Shown: positions 39,012 through 47,619 of the stretch, piece by piece
How positions within the stretch are numbered: position 1 is the stretch's first letter
Layout: each line of letters starts with the position of its first letter
DNA from: an uncultured Planctomycetia bacterium
GTDB taxonomy: Bacteria > Omnitrophota > Gorgyraeia > CAYVEO01
Direction: 5' to 3'
Assembly (NCBI GenBank): GCA_964449965.1
Contig: CAYVEO010000003.1
Coordinates: 1,052 to 65,051, forward strand
Length of the DNA stretch: 64,000 nt
The notes under the pieces: generated by a model
What the model was told of the DNA's origin: nothing
Databases searched by the model: none
Seen by the model: the letters and a program-made list of their open reading frames with translations, nothing else
Translations under genes and position numbers: made by a program

Positions 39012-40934
39012 CTAATACGCCTCCTGCCAGTTAGTAGTTGTAATCAGATAATTTGCACTTCCACCCAAACCTGTAAATCCTGGTATGGAACTAATACTGC
39101 TTGCCAATGCAGGAACCTGGTATATCTTTGGTACTTGACTGCCTAAACTGAAATAATTGGATACGAAAGACCCTGCGATTTCGTTCTGCTTGGCGCTCTC
39201 AATCTCACCCTCAGCATAGAAAGCCCCTATCATCTTGAGCTGGGAATCTCCTCCACCAGTGGCTAATTCTATATCTCCATCTGCTATAAGTCCAAGGGCA
39301 TCTGTAGATGGGAATATCCCTTGTGATAAAAGGTCACCATGGACCTCAAATTCCTCACTAAATAGAGAGCCTCTTCCTGTATATTGAATCGTCATATTCT
39401 TTTCTCCGAGTTTCAATTCACCTCCACTGCCAGCATCACTCCCATCTGTTATCCGGACAACACCACTGATAGTCAGTATCCTGCTTGCACTATTCCATGC
39501 GATGCTGCCATAAGCACCTACGTAACTGAAATTACCTGTGCTTGAGTCAATCTTTCCTGAGATAAGATCTTCATTTAAGGAATAAGAATTATCTGCCAGC
39601 CATGCCCTATATGTTGAATAACCTCCATACGGGTCATTCAAACTCGGAAAACTGACCATATCATCCAGGTCATATGGGTTTGTAATCCCATTATCTGAAT
39701 TGACATTTGAAGGACCCTGGGTCCCTCCAAATCCATCATAATATGTGCCAGGTGTGTTATCTCCATCATATGGACCAACATCTACATATACCCCATCCAT
39801 AGTCTCCTTGACACTATTACCTGACACGTTAGTCTGTCCCACTGTAGCACTACCTGATAAGTCTGTCCTACCATTCTTTACCCTGAACTCAGCACTTAAA
39901 CTCCCAACCGTCTCACCGTTAAATGTTACTGTAGGAAGTGGAGGAATTCTGCTTGATAAATCCGCTGGCATACCTTCATAATTATTCCCTATACTGGCAG
40001 TTCCGCTCAAGTCAATGGCTGTATCAGTAGAAGCCAGACCAGAGCCAAGGATATGGACAGAACCATGTAGATAGACATTCCCGCTTATAGCTGAACCACT
40101 CGCCCCTGTCCCTGCAAAGACTGCGTTATTCCATGGAGAGATATTTTTTATCCTTACATAAGCCTGAACCTTCCTTGTAACATTATTATAAGTCCCCTGG
40201 GACCTCACCCATATCTCATCTGTTTCATTTAGGACGTTCTTAAGAGAAGCACTGTAACTGCCGCCGCCAAGATAATTAGAATATAGTGTATAAAAATTAT
40301 TCTCATCCGGGCCAACAACGTAAGCATTAATACTTCCATCACTCCAGCTTGGCGAACCTCCGCCGTTTACAAAATCCTGTTTTAAATCATATAATGCCCG
40401 CTGGAACCCGCCCTCAGCTATATATAGCGCCTTCAGAGAATCCCCTTGACGCACAGTTGCCCTGATTTCGTTATTGCTCAATTTTATAAAACCGGTAGCA
40501 ATAACAACCAGGAGCAGCATAAACGCCATTACCAGGACAAAGACCAACCCTTTTTCATCCCTTTTCATTTTAATAGATACCTTGCTAAAAATTATATATA
40601 ATCCCGCACAGAATAATAATAAGAGAAAATAGAAATCTGGCTTTACATAGAATTTTTTTACGCCTTTTTCAGTCCCTATCAAACCCTTGTCTATCTTCTC
40701 CGTTCCCGGAGACTTCACAATATCTTCTGACCCGCCTTGGTTCAAATCCTTAGCAGATTCTACTCTTTCGGACTCCTTCTGTTTCACCATTTCATTGTAT
40801 TCTTCAAGTGCCTTGTCACGTTCCTGCTGGACAATATATTTCATATCCTCTGGGTCAACATCATCCGGCATCATGGCATAAGAGAATCCATTAAACAGGA
40901 TTACCATGAGTAAAGAAACCTTAAGGACATTCAT
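39012..40934 (-). CDS. PilX_N-domain giant minor-pilin-like protein, paralog 1. A probable alternative start at 40568 would give 518 aa.
   Basis: 'KGLVFVLVMAFMLLLVVIATGFIKLSNNEIRATVRQGDSLKALYIAEGG' (PilX N-terminal signature), then a G/S/T/N/Y-rich β-region. The 5' ~130 nt are nearly identical to paralog 2. Confidence 0.55.
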   Translation of the reverse strand: MNVLKVSLLMVILFNGFSYAMMPDDVDPEDMKYIVQQERDKALEEYNEMVKQKESERVESAKDLNQGGSEDIVKSPGTEKIDKGLIGTEKGVKKFYVKPDFYFLLLLFCAGLYIIFSKVSIKMKRDEKGLVFVLVMAFMLLLVVIATGFIKLSNNEIRATVRQGDSLKALYIAEGGFQRALYDLKQDFVNGGGSPSWSDGSINAYVVGPDENNFYTLYSNYLGGGSYSASLKNVLNETDEIWVRSQGTYNNVTRKVQAYVRIKNISPWNNAVFAGTGASGSAISGNVYLHGSVHILGSGLASTDTAIDLSGTASIGNNYEGMPADLSSRIPPLPTVTFNGETVGSLSAEFRVKNGRTDLSGSATVGQTNVSGNSVKETMDGVYVDVGPYDGDNTPGTYYDGFGGTQGPSNVNSDNGITNPYDLDDMVSFPSLNDPYGGYSTYRAWLADNSYSLNEDLISGKIDSSTGNFSYVGAYGSIAWNSASRILTISGVVRITDGSDAGSGGELKLGEKNMTIQYTGRGSLFSEEFEVHGDLLSQGIFPSTDALGLIADGDIELATGGGDSQLKMIGAFYAEGEIESAKQNEIAGSFVSNYFSLGSQVPKIYQVPALASSISSIPGFTGLGGSANYLITTTNWQEAY

Positions 40935-42656
40935 CTAATTTTGACTCCATGTTATAACACGGGGAGGTTCAAGTCCTCTCGGAAGGTGAAAATCATCCCC
41001 TCTTGAACGTACCCTTATATCATAATTCATCTTTATACTTCCACTATAGACCATCGCCTCATCCCTAGAAACCATACCCCCGTTTACAGAAAATGCCCCT
41101 AACTTTCCAGTGATAACATGGTTTGTATAAATAACAGCATTTACATTCTGAACATTTACTGATGCCCCTATAGAAGTTATGGTACTATCTGCAAGGGATG
41201 ATTCATAATATTTCCTTGAGGCGCCTCCAACTTTTGTTCCACCATCACTTACCGTATAGTTGCCATTGAACAGGTAGCCATTTCCTGAATAATTGTCAGA
41301 ATCATAACCCAATGGCGCATCTGTGGCGTCTGTTGTATAGGCTTGAGTAAAAGGCGGCCTGAGGTAGGTTAAACAGTTAGATTGCCAGCCTGTATTCGTA
41401 TAATTCCCAATCACGACATTTCCCTTTGCTGCGAGTCCGAGAAAATCCCTTGAATTATTAGTGGTATCTGTCTGTGCGGGATTTGTATCCGGCTTGGGCC
41501 ATGCAGGTCCATTGGCATACGTAAGGTTATCCAGTACGTGGATATTTCTACCTGCATATATTGTCCCCTGACCCTGCACCGTTCCCTTTATCAAGAGGTC
41601 TCCATTTACCACAACAGGACCACTTAGGACAATCGGATTAGAAACTGTACCGGTAAGAACTATACTGCCATCATCTGGTGTCCCGGTAACATTGTCAGGA
41701 CCAGTTCCTGAATAGACATTATTAACAAGAGTAACGCCACCCTGGGTTATTTGCCCATTTTCAGCAATTGCTATATTTCTATAATCTTGCAGGTCTCCAA
41801 GATAAGGCATATCAAGTACCTGCTGATATTGGTAACGGGTGCTTGTTCCATTATAACCGGGTTCATAGGCATAGGTATCAAGTTGGCCGCTCATATTCGT
41901 ATCTTCTCCTGAGTCAAGCAGCCCGTTAGAATTTGAATCCTCACTCGTTGCGGTAGGATTTGTCGGTCTTGCCTGGGCAGGTGCATTGCTTCTATACCAG
42001 GAGATGGTATTATTTCTACTGCTTCCTGTTATTGTCCCTGCAGCGCCGAGTGCTGTATTTATGGCCGCATATATATCACCATTTACAGTTGGGTTCCCGC
42101 TAAATGCAAAGTTACCATTAGACCTGGTATTTCCATGTGCAGTTATGCCTGCCCCATAGAACCATCCAAAATTATTGATAAAATAGGCATAGTCAAATAC
42201 GCCTGACGCCCTAAGTTCATACCTGACAGTACCACGGACTTTTCTTATTTCATTTCCGACGGTAGCAGTGGAAAGCATCTCTACGTCACGTTGTCCTGTC
42301 CCAGGGGTTGTAACGGACGTTACAGTTACAGTATATCTTCCTCCACCGAGTATTTCATTCGTTGGGAGTCCACCAGTATAATTACTCGGATTATCAAACC
42401 ATGTAAAGGACGAGGTTGCCCAGCCGCTTGCTATAAATACATCTCTAAACGAATTATACAGAACCTGCTTTGCCTTATCAATCCCGCCCTCAGCGATATA
42501 AAACGCCTTCATGGAATCCCCCTGGTGCATAGTCGCCCTGATTTCGTTATTACTCAATTTTATAAAACTGGCGGCAGAGACAACCAATATGACCACAAAT
42601 GCCATTACTATGATTAAGACAAACCCTTTTCTGTTCATTTTCGTAACATAGGACAT
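40935..42656 (-). CDS. PilX_N-domain giant minor-pilin-like protein, paralog 2.
   Basis: 'KGFVLIIVMAFVVILVVSAASFIKLSNNEIRATMHQGDSMKAFYIAEGG' and a strong RBS (AGGAGG); 573 aa. Confidence 0.6.
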   Translation of the reverse strand: MSYVTKMNRKGFVLIIVMAFVVILVVSAASFIKLSNNEIRATMHQGDSMKAFYIAEGGIDKAKQVLYNSFRDVFIASGWATSSFTWFDNPSNYTGGLPTNEILGGGRYTVTVTSVTTPGTGQRDVEMLSTATVGNEIRKVRGTVRYELRASGVFDYAYFINNFGWFYGAGITAHGNTRSNGNFAFSGNPTVNGDIYAAINTALGAAGTITGSSRNNTISWYRSNAPAQARPTNPTATSEDSNSNGLLDSGEDTNMSGQLDTYAYEPGYNGTSTRYQYQQVLDMPYLGDLQDYRNIAIAENGQITQGGVTLVNNVYSGTGPDNVTGTPDDGSIVLTGTVSNPIVLSGPVVVNGDLLIKGTVQGQGTIYAGRNIHVLDNLTYANGPAWPKPDTNPAQTDTTNNSRDFLGLAAKGNVVIGNYTNTGWQSNCLTYLRPPFTQAYTTDATDAPLGYDSDNYSGNGYLFNGNYTVSDGGTKVGGASRKYYESSLADSTITSIGASVNVQNVNAVIYTNHVITGKLGAFSVNGGMVSRDEAMVYSGSIKMNYDIRVRSRGDDFHLPRGLEPPRVITWSQN

Positions 42657-42665
42657 TCCTCCTGC

Positions 42666-43184
42666 TTAATTCCTCACCTTGACAGCCGTGTACAAAGTAA
42701 CTGACATCGCCTTACTCTTCACCATCTGCTGTAATGCCAATTTTATGCCTAACCTATCTTCACTTCCGTATTGGGTAGTACCATTGCCTCTTATAAATTC
42801 TAACCCGCTTACATTCTTGACTATGCGGGATTCACCACCAGATGTTGACGTATTAGGGTCATACCAGAGTTCTCCATTACTCAGATAAAAACTCCTGTTG
42901 ACATTATCCACGCCGGTAAATACCACGGTATTGTCTATATTAGGCGGTGTAGAATTTGGCGTATTAACAGATTTTGCGTCCATTATGCCATAAACCCCGC
43001 TAATTCCCCTGAGCATCTTTCCCATTGCTATACTGGCATCACGCTCAATACCTATCTGTGCATTACCCTCTGTCCATGATACCTGTGACATGTTATATAT
43101 GGTTAAGACAGCACCCATCACAAGGAGCATGATAACCATGCCCATCATAATCTCCGGAATAGTAAAACCTTCAGCTTTTTTCAT
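42666..43184 (-). CDS. Minor pilin with prepilin-type N-terminal cleavage/methylation domain (PilW-like).
   Basis: 'GFTIPEIMMGMVIMLLV' class-III signal motif (G|FT.PE). Confidence 0.6.
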   Translation of the reverse strand: MKKAEGFTIPEIMMGMVIMLLVMGAVLTIYNMSQVSWTEGNAQIGIERDASIAMGKMLRGISGVYGIMDAKSVNTPNSTPPNIDNTVVFTGVDNVNRSFYLSNGELWYDPNTSTSGGESRIVKNVSGLEFIRGNGTTQYGSEDRLGIKLALQQMVKSKAMSVTLYTAVKVRN

Positions 43185-43582
43185 TGGCTTACTACCGTAA
43201 CTACGTTCTCACTTACCTGATTACTCCCGCCCCATTTGTGCTCTGTCCATGTAATGGTAACTGTTACCTCTTTATATCCACTTGCTACAACTTCGTTTAC
43301 ATTAACACTCCTCTGTCCTATAAGGTCATCAGTAGTTGAGACGGTCCCAGCATTGTCAATAGTAACAGGCGTAGATGACTCACTTGCAATAGAGGAGTAA
43401 GTCGTATCCCTTATAATTTCCACCTTCTCCTGAATGAGATTGAACGCCTCTATCCTGTGTTTTGCCTTCGCAACGCTGACCCTGCCCATAACAAATGCCG
43501 TCAACATCCCGCCTATAGAAAGTGACAGGATTAACGCCGAAATCATAATCTCAATAAATGTTACGCCTTTTTTATTAAGCAT
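43181..43582 (-). CDS. Minor pilin (PilV-like) with prepilin-type N-terminus.
   Basis: 'KGVTFIEIMISALILSL'. Confidence 0.6.
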   Translation of the reverse strand: MLNKKGVTFIEIMISALILSLSIGGMLTAFVMGRVSVAKAKHRIEAFNLIQEKVEIIRDTTYSSIASESSTPVTIDNAGTVSTTDDLIGQRSVNVNEVVASGYKEVTVTITWTEHKWGGSNQVSENVVTVVSQ

Positions 43583-43591
43583 ATCTCATAC

Positions 43592-43921
43592 TCACTCAAT
43601 CGTATGCCCCTGTGAGTTCAAGGTACAAGTCGGGTATGTCCCTATTGTCCCGTAGGTGTATGTCCCTGCACCTGGACAGGCAGGAACAATAGAACCTAAA
43701 TAGCCGTTTATCTGTGCCTCTGTGACAGATGCCCCATTCTGAAGGCTATAATCCATAGCATATTGCTCCTTGGCAGCATTAATCTGGCTCAAGTTTGCTA
43801 TGCAGCCATTCTTACGCGCCTTTGCCCCGGCATTTATAAAACTCGGTATTGCAATACTCGCTATTACGGCTATTATTCCAACCACTATCATGATTTCTAC
43901 AAGGGTAAAACCTTTTTTCAT
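43592..43921 (-). CDS. Type IV pilin / pseudopilin (PilA-like, second copy).
   Basis: 'KKGFTLVEIMIVVGIIAVIASIAIP', two Cys pairs and a 'CIANLSQINAAKEQY' region homologous to the upstream pilin. Confidence 0.75.
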   Translation of the reverse strand: MKKGFTLVEIMIVVGIIAVIASIAIPSFINAGAKARKNGCIANLSQINAAKEQYAMDYSLQNGASVTEAQINGYLGSIVPACPGAGTYTYGTIGTYPTCTLNSQGHTIE

Positions 43922-43928
43922 ATTTAAA

Positions 43929-43957
43929 GTATACCATAATTAGAAAATTTTTGCAAA
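43929..43957 (-). promoter_or_regulatory. σ70-type promoter (TTGCAA-17-TGgTATACT) placed so the transcript would start at or next to the pilin AUG (leaderless candidate).
   Basis: Reverse complement of 43921-43960 reads 'aaaTTTGCAAaaattttctaattatGGTATACTttaaat' immediately followed by ATGAAAAAAGG. Confidence 0.35.
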
Positions 43958-43959
43958 TT

Positions 43960-43999
43960 TAAAAAAAATAGGGACACCCGTTTTATACGAATGTCCCTT
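43960..43999 (-). terminator. Rho-independent terminator downstream of the first pilin gene.
   Basis: The minus-strand transcript forms the stem 'agggaca...tgtccct' followed by the U-tract 'tattttttttt'. Confidence 0.5.
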
Positions 44000-44022
44000 T
44001 ATGCTCTTGCAGTAGACCTTTT

Positions 44023-44385
44023 TTATTGTAATGCGTGACTCACGCCACCGCTTGAAGTGGTAGAGCCACTGGTAACACAAGTTGGGGGACTAACAGTCGG
44101 AGTATAGGTACCCCCTGCAGGACAAGATGGTGTCCTTGCAAGCCAGTTCGGAACAAGTCTAACCATGGTCGCATTAGTAACGTCATTGTTGTTACTGTCC
44201 AATAAGTACTGCTGTGCCGCACCCTCAATCTGCTTCAGATTGGCTATGCATGTCCTTGCCTGTGCCTTGCCTCTATTCTGGACAAAGTTCGGGATAGCAA
44301 TGGCTGCTAATAACCCGATTATTGCTACTACAATCATTATCTCAACCAATGTAAAGCCCTTCTTGCTCTTCCTTAACTTCATCAT
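44023..44385 (-). CDS. pilA: Type IV major pilin (PilA-like).
   Basis: 'KKGFTLVEIMIVVAIIGLLAAIAIP' prepilin signal and a C-terminal disulfide region. Confidence 0.8.
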   Translation of the reverse strand: MMKLRKSKKGFTLVEIMIVVAIIGLLAAIAIPNFVQNRGKAQARTCIANLKQIEGAAQQYLLDSNNNDVTNATMVRLVPNWLARTPSCPAGGTYTPTVSPPTCVTSGSTTSSGGVSHALQ

Positions 44386-44417
44386 ATACCTTCCCTCCTT
44401 TCTTTTTAGGTCGTCGG

Positions 44418-44450
44418 ATAAATCTCCGCCTAGGCGGACGGGCGACCGCT
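44418..44450 (-). repeat. Family-1 repeat copy E in the pilA 5' leader.
   Basis: Minus strand reads 'gtagcggtcgcccgtccgcctaggcggag' (compare copy C 'gtagcggtccgcctaaggcggacc'). Confidence 0.5.
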
Positions 44451-44471
44451 ACATTTTACATTTTATATAGT

Positions 44472-44488
44472 AGCAATTTTCATGCCAA
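44472..44488 (-). promoter_or_regulatory. σ54 (RpoN) -24/-12 promoter for pilA.
   Basis: Minus strand reads 'TTGGCATgaaaaTTGCT' (TGGCAC-N5-TTGCW with GG-N10-GC spacing). It lies ~85 nt upstream of the pilA ATG. A σ54-dependent NtrC-family regulator is encoded immediately upstream. Confidence 0.6.
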
Positions 44489-44617
44489 AGCAACAAAATA
44501 GATATACTAAGTTTATAACTTATTTATAAATAAAGACTAAAGATTATTAGGATAGGTTTTGGGCAGGATGGCTTAGACAAGCAAAAGTGACAAATTTTGT
44601 AACTTTGTCATTTATAG

Positions 44618-45997
44618 TTACAAATTTTGGTAGTTTAACTTATATTTCTCAATCAGGTATCTCAACGACCGAACCTTTATATTCAATATCTTAGCAGCCT
44701 TTGTATGAGAGCCCTCACATTCTTTTAGGGCACTGATAATAAGTTCTCGCTCTGTATTTTGAGTAACCTTGAGAAAATCAACCCCTTTACCTGATATGGG
44801 AATAATAAAGTTTTCCCTTACTCCATGTTTTAATATCATTTCATCAATATCATCAATCTTAATCTCTTCCTCATCTTTCAACGCTACAATGCGTTCTATA
44901 GTATTCTCTAACTCTCTAACATTGCCTGGCCACGAATAGTTCATAAATAGTTCCATTGTCTCACTTGATACACGTTTCATTGGTTTTTTCAAAAGGCCGG
45001 TATGTTTTTTCAAAAAATGATTTATCAACAAAGGTATATCTTCTTTTCTATCACGGAGCGGCGGCAGCACAATAGGGACTACGTTCAACCTATAAAAGAG
45101 GTCTTCACGAAATTTGCCCGTTTTAACAGCCTCTGACAAATCCCTGTTAGTAGCTGCTATTAGCCGTATATCAACCTTAGTAGTAGAGGTAGCACCGAGA
45201 GGTCTGAGTTCCTTCTCTTCTAATGTCCTTAATAGTTTCACCTGGATACCAGGGCTCACTTCTCCAACTTCGTCTAAGAATAATGAGCCTTTATCAGCCA
45301 CCTCAAACAATCCTTTCTTTGATTCCCTGGCGTCTGTAAATGCCCCTTTGACATGTCCAAATAGTTCACTCTCTAAAAGAGTCTCAGGCAGTCCGCCGCA
45401 ATCTATAGGTACAAAAGGCCCTTGACTTCTGCTACTCTTCCTGTGAATAGCCCTTGCCACTAATTCCTTGCCGGTTCCGCTTTCCCCTTGAATCAAGATA
45501 GTGCTTTCAGTAGGAGCGATGCGATTTATCAATTCAAAGAGTTTCTGCATAGGCGGGCTATTTCCGATTATTTCATCAAAACCTGTCTTTCTCTCAAGTT
45601 CCTGACGCAGGAATCTATTCTCTTCTACTATAGCCCTCTCCTTCAGTGCCTTTTCCACTCTGCGCTTGATTATATCCACCTTGAACGGCTTTTCAATATA
45701 ATCATAAGCACCCTCTTTAATACAGTCTATAGCATTCTCTATAGAGGAATATGCGGTCATCATGATAACTGTGACGTCTCCTGACTCCTCTCTTATTTTC
45801 CTTAGAAGTTCTATCCCGCCCATAGGCGACATCTTTATATCGGCAATGACCAGATCAACAGGTTCTCCTTTAATAATCTCTATTGCCTTTGCACCGTCTC
45901 TGGCACAAAAGACCTCATAACCTTCCTTTGAAAATAGAATTTCAAGGAATTCAAGCATGCTCTCTTCATCATCTACTATCAGTAGTCTTCTTGTCAC
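44618..45997 (-). CDS. pilR: σ54-dependent response regulator (NtrC family, PilR-like).
   Basis: Receiver domain, AAA+ σ54-activator motifs 'GESGTGKELVARAIH' and 'GAFTDA', and a C-terminal Fis-type HTH. Confidence 0.85.
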   Translation of the reverse strand: MTRRLLIVDDEESMLEFLEILFSKEGYEVFCARDGAKAIEIIKGEPVDLVIADIKMSPMGGIELLRKIREESGDVTVIMMTAYSSIENAIDCIKEGAYDYIEKPFKVDIIKRRVEKALKERAIVEENRFLRQELERKTGFDEIIGNSPPMQKLFELINRIAPTESTILIQGESGTGKELVARAIHRKSSRSQGPFVPIDCGGLPETLLESELFGHVKGAFTDARESKKGLFEVADKGSLFLDEVGEVSPGIQVKLLRTLEEKELRPLGATSTTKVDIRLIAATNRDLSEAVKTGKFREDLFYRLNVVPIVLPPLRDRKEDIPLLINHFLKKHTGLLKKPMKRVSSETMELFMNYSWPGNVRELENTIERIVALKDEEEIKIDDIDEMILKHGVRENFIIPISGKGVDFLKVTQNTERELIISALKECEGSHTKAAKILNIKVRSLRYLIEKYKLNYQNL

Positions 45998-47610
45998 TTT
46001 TTATACCTCGGAAGACGAACTATAAATTTGCTTCCCCTGCCAAATTCACTCTCTACGTCTATTGACCCATTATGGTTCTGGACAATGCGGTTTGCAATGG
46101 CAAGCCCTATCCCTATGCCTTTATATTTTGTAGTCCTGAAAGGCTCAAAGATTCTCTTCAAATCCTCATTTCTAATCCCGCATCCTGTGTCACTGAAACT
46201 CACACCCACAAATTCACCTTGATGAGGCAAATTCTCTAAATATGTAGTAACGGTTAGATTACCTCCGTCAGGCATAGCATCACATGCATTGATAAGTATA
46301 TTGAGAAAAACCTGCTTTATCTCCTCGGCATCTACGTAAGAGGTAAGTTCGTCGTCCACCCAAGGCGGATGTGTCCCATCTTTATAGGAATAAATTATAT
46401 TTACTTTCTGGTTAAATTGTTTATCATTTTTAATCAGCATTATACATTCGTTCAGGATTTCATTCAGATTATGGACGCCTAACTTAACCGGTCTTGACCT
46501 GGCGAAATCCAGGAACCCTGATACTATTCCGTTAAGTCTATCAGTCTCTTTCAGGATAATATCCATTAATTTTGAATGTTCTGTCTCCTTATTTAAACAA
46601 TCATTCCTGAGCATCTCTACCGAACCGCTTATTGATGCCAGTGGATTACGAATCTCATGGGCAAGCCCTGTAGCCATCTCGCCCACGGCTGAGAACCGCT
46701 CCTGCCTCCTTATTCGCTCTTCCATATCCTTTATAACAGTCAGGTCTCTGAAGACAAATACCTTGCCACGTCCATTCCCATCCTCATCCTTTAATTCTGA
46801 GACATTATATCCTATCGGTATCACCTTACCGTTTTCCTTATTGAATTTTATTTCCTTATGCGCAAATTGATGGGAAATGTCAACTGCTCCTTCGCCGAAA
46901 AGGCTGCTTATATTGGATTCCCAGACATCCTTTATCTCGCACCCTAAAATCATCTCTGCTGCCTGGTTCATGTATATGATGGCATCATTCTTATTAGTAG
47001 CGATAAGTCCGCTGCCCATATTTTTGAGTATGCACTCATTCAGCCTCCTTAAGGATACCACCTCGGCACTGCGTTCCTTGAGTCCCCTGAGCAGGTAACT
47101 GTGCAAAAAACTCACCAATCCGAATATGGTAATCCTGATATACAATAGATATACTACAAGAAAGCCGTTATTGTAGATATCAATATCACCACCTGAGGAT
47201 AGCCGCGGGATAATACGAAAGAACTCAAGAGCCACCATCATAGAATATAACAGGCTTGCTGTGACAGTCGTTACAGTACTTGCCCTTGAAGAGAGTATAG
47301 TACCGGAATATGCTATGGGCAGTATATAAAACATTACGAGGCTGCTCTCTATACCTCCGGAGTAATGGACCATAAACGTAATGAGTATAACATCTATGAG
47401 TATCTGAAGATAGGCCAGAAAGTTGAGAAGCCTTGCAACCCGCAGCATTAATAGGTAGATTATTGTAAGGAAACAGATGAGGCTTATAAATATATAGAAT
47501 GTGACTGCACTAATCTGCAGGACCAGTGCACCTGATACTAAGGTGAGGGTGGTGATAATAAGCCTTAAATACGTCAGCCACTTTATTCTACGGTATCTTA
47601 TATCAGGCAT
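45994..47610 (-). CDS. pilS: Sensor histidine kinase (PilS-like) with a polytopic membrane N-terminus, PAS, HisKA and HATPase domains.
   Basis: ~6 TM helices; 'MATGLAHEIRNPLASISG' H-box; 'DTGCGIRNEDLKRIFEPF...GIGLAIANRIV' ATPase boxes. Overlaps pilR by 4 bp. Confidence 0.8.
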   Translation of the reverse strand: MPDIRYRRIKWLTYLRLIITTLTLVSGALVLQISAVTFYIFISLICFLTIIYLLMLRVARLLNFLAYLQILIDVILITFMVHYSGGIESSLVMFYILPIAYSGTILSSRASTVTTVTASLLYSMMVALEFFRIIPRLSSGGDIDIYNNGFLVVYLLYIRITIFGLVSFLHSYLLRGLKERSAEVVSLRRLNECILKNMGSGLIATNKNDAIIYMNQAAEMILGCEIKDVWESNISSLFGEGAVDISHQFAHKEIKFNKENGKVIPIGYNVSELKDEDGNGRGKVFVFRDLTVIKDMEERIRRQERFSAVGEMATGLAHEIRNPLASISGSVEMLRNDCLNKETEHSKLMDIILKETDRLNGIVSGFLDFARSRPVKLGVHNLNEILNECIMLIKNDKQFNQKVNIIYSYKDGTHPPWVDDELTSYVDAEEIKQVFLNILINACDAMPDGGNLTVTTYLENLPHQGEFVGVSFSDTGCGIRNEDLKRIFEPFRTTKYKGIGIGLAIANRIVQNHNGSIDVESEFGRGSKFIVRLPRYKK

Positions 47611-47619
47611 AAGTTGACA

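Noticed and set aside
39745-42617. Antisense ORFs inside the PilX-like genes.
   Set aside because: They are embedded in long, well-supported minus-strand reading frames.
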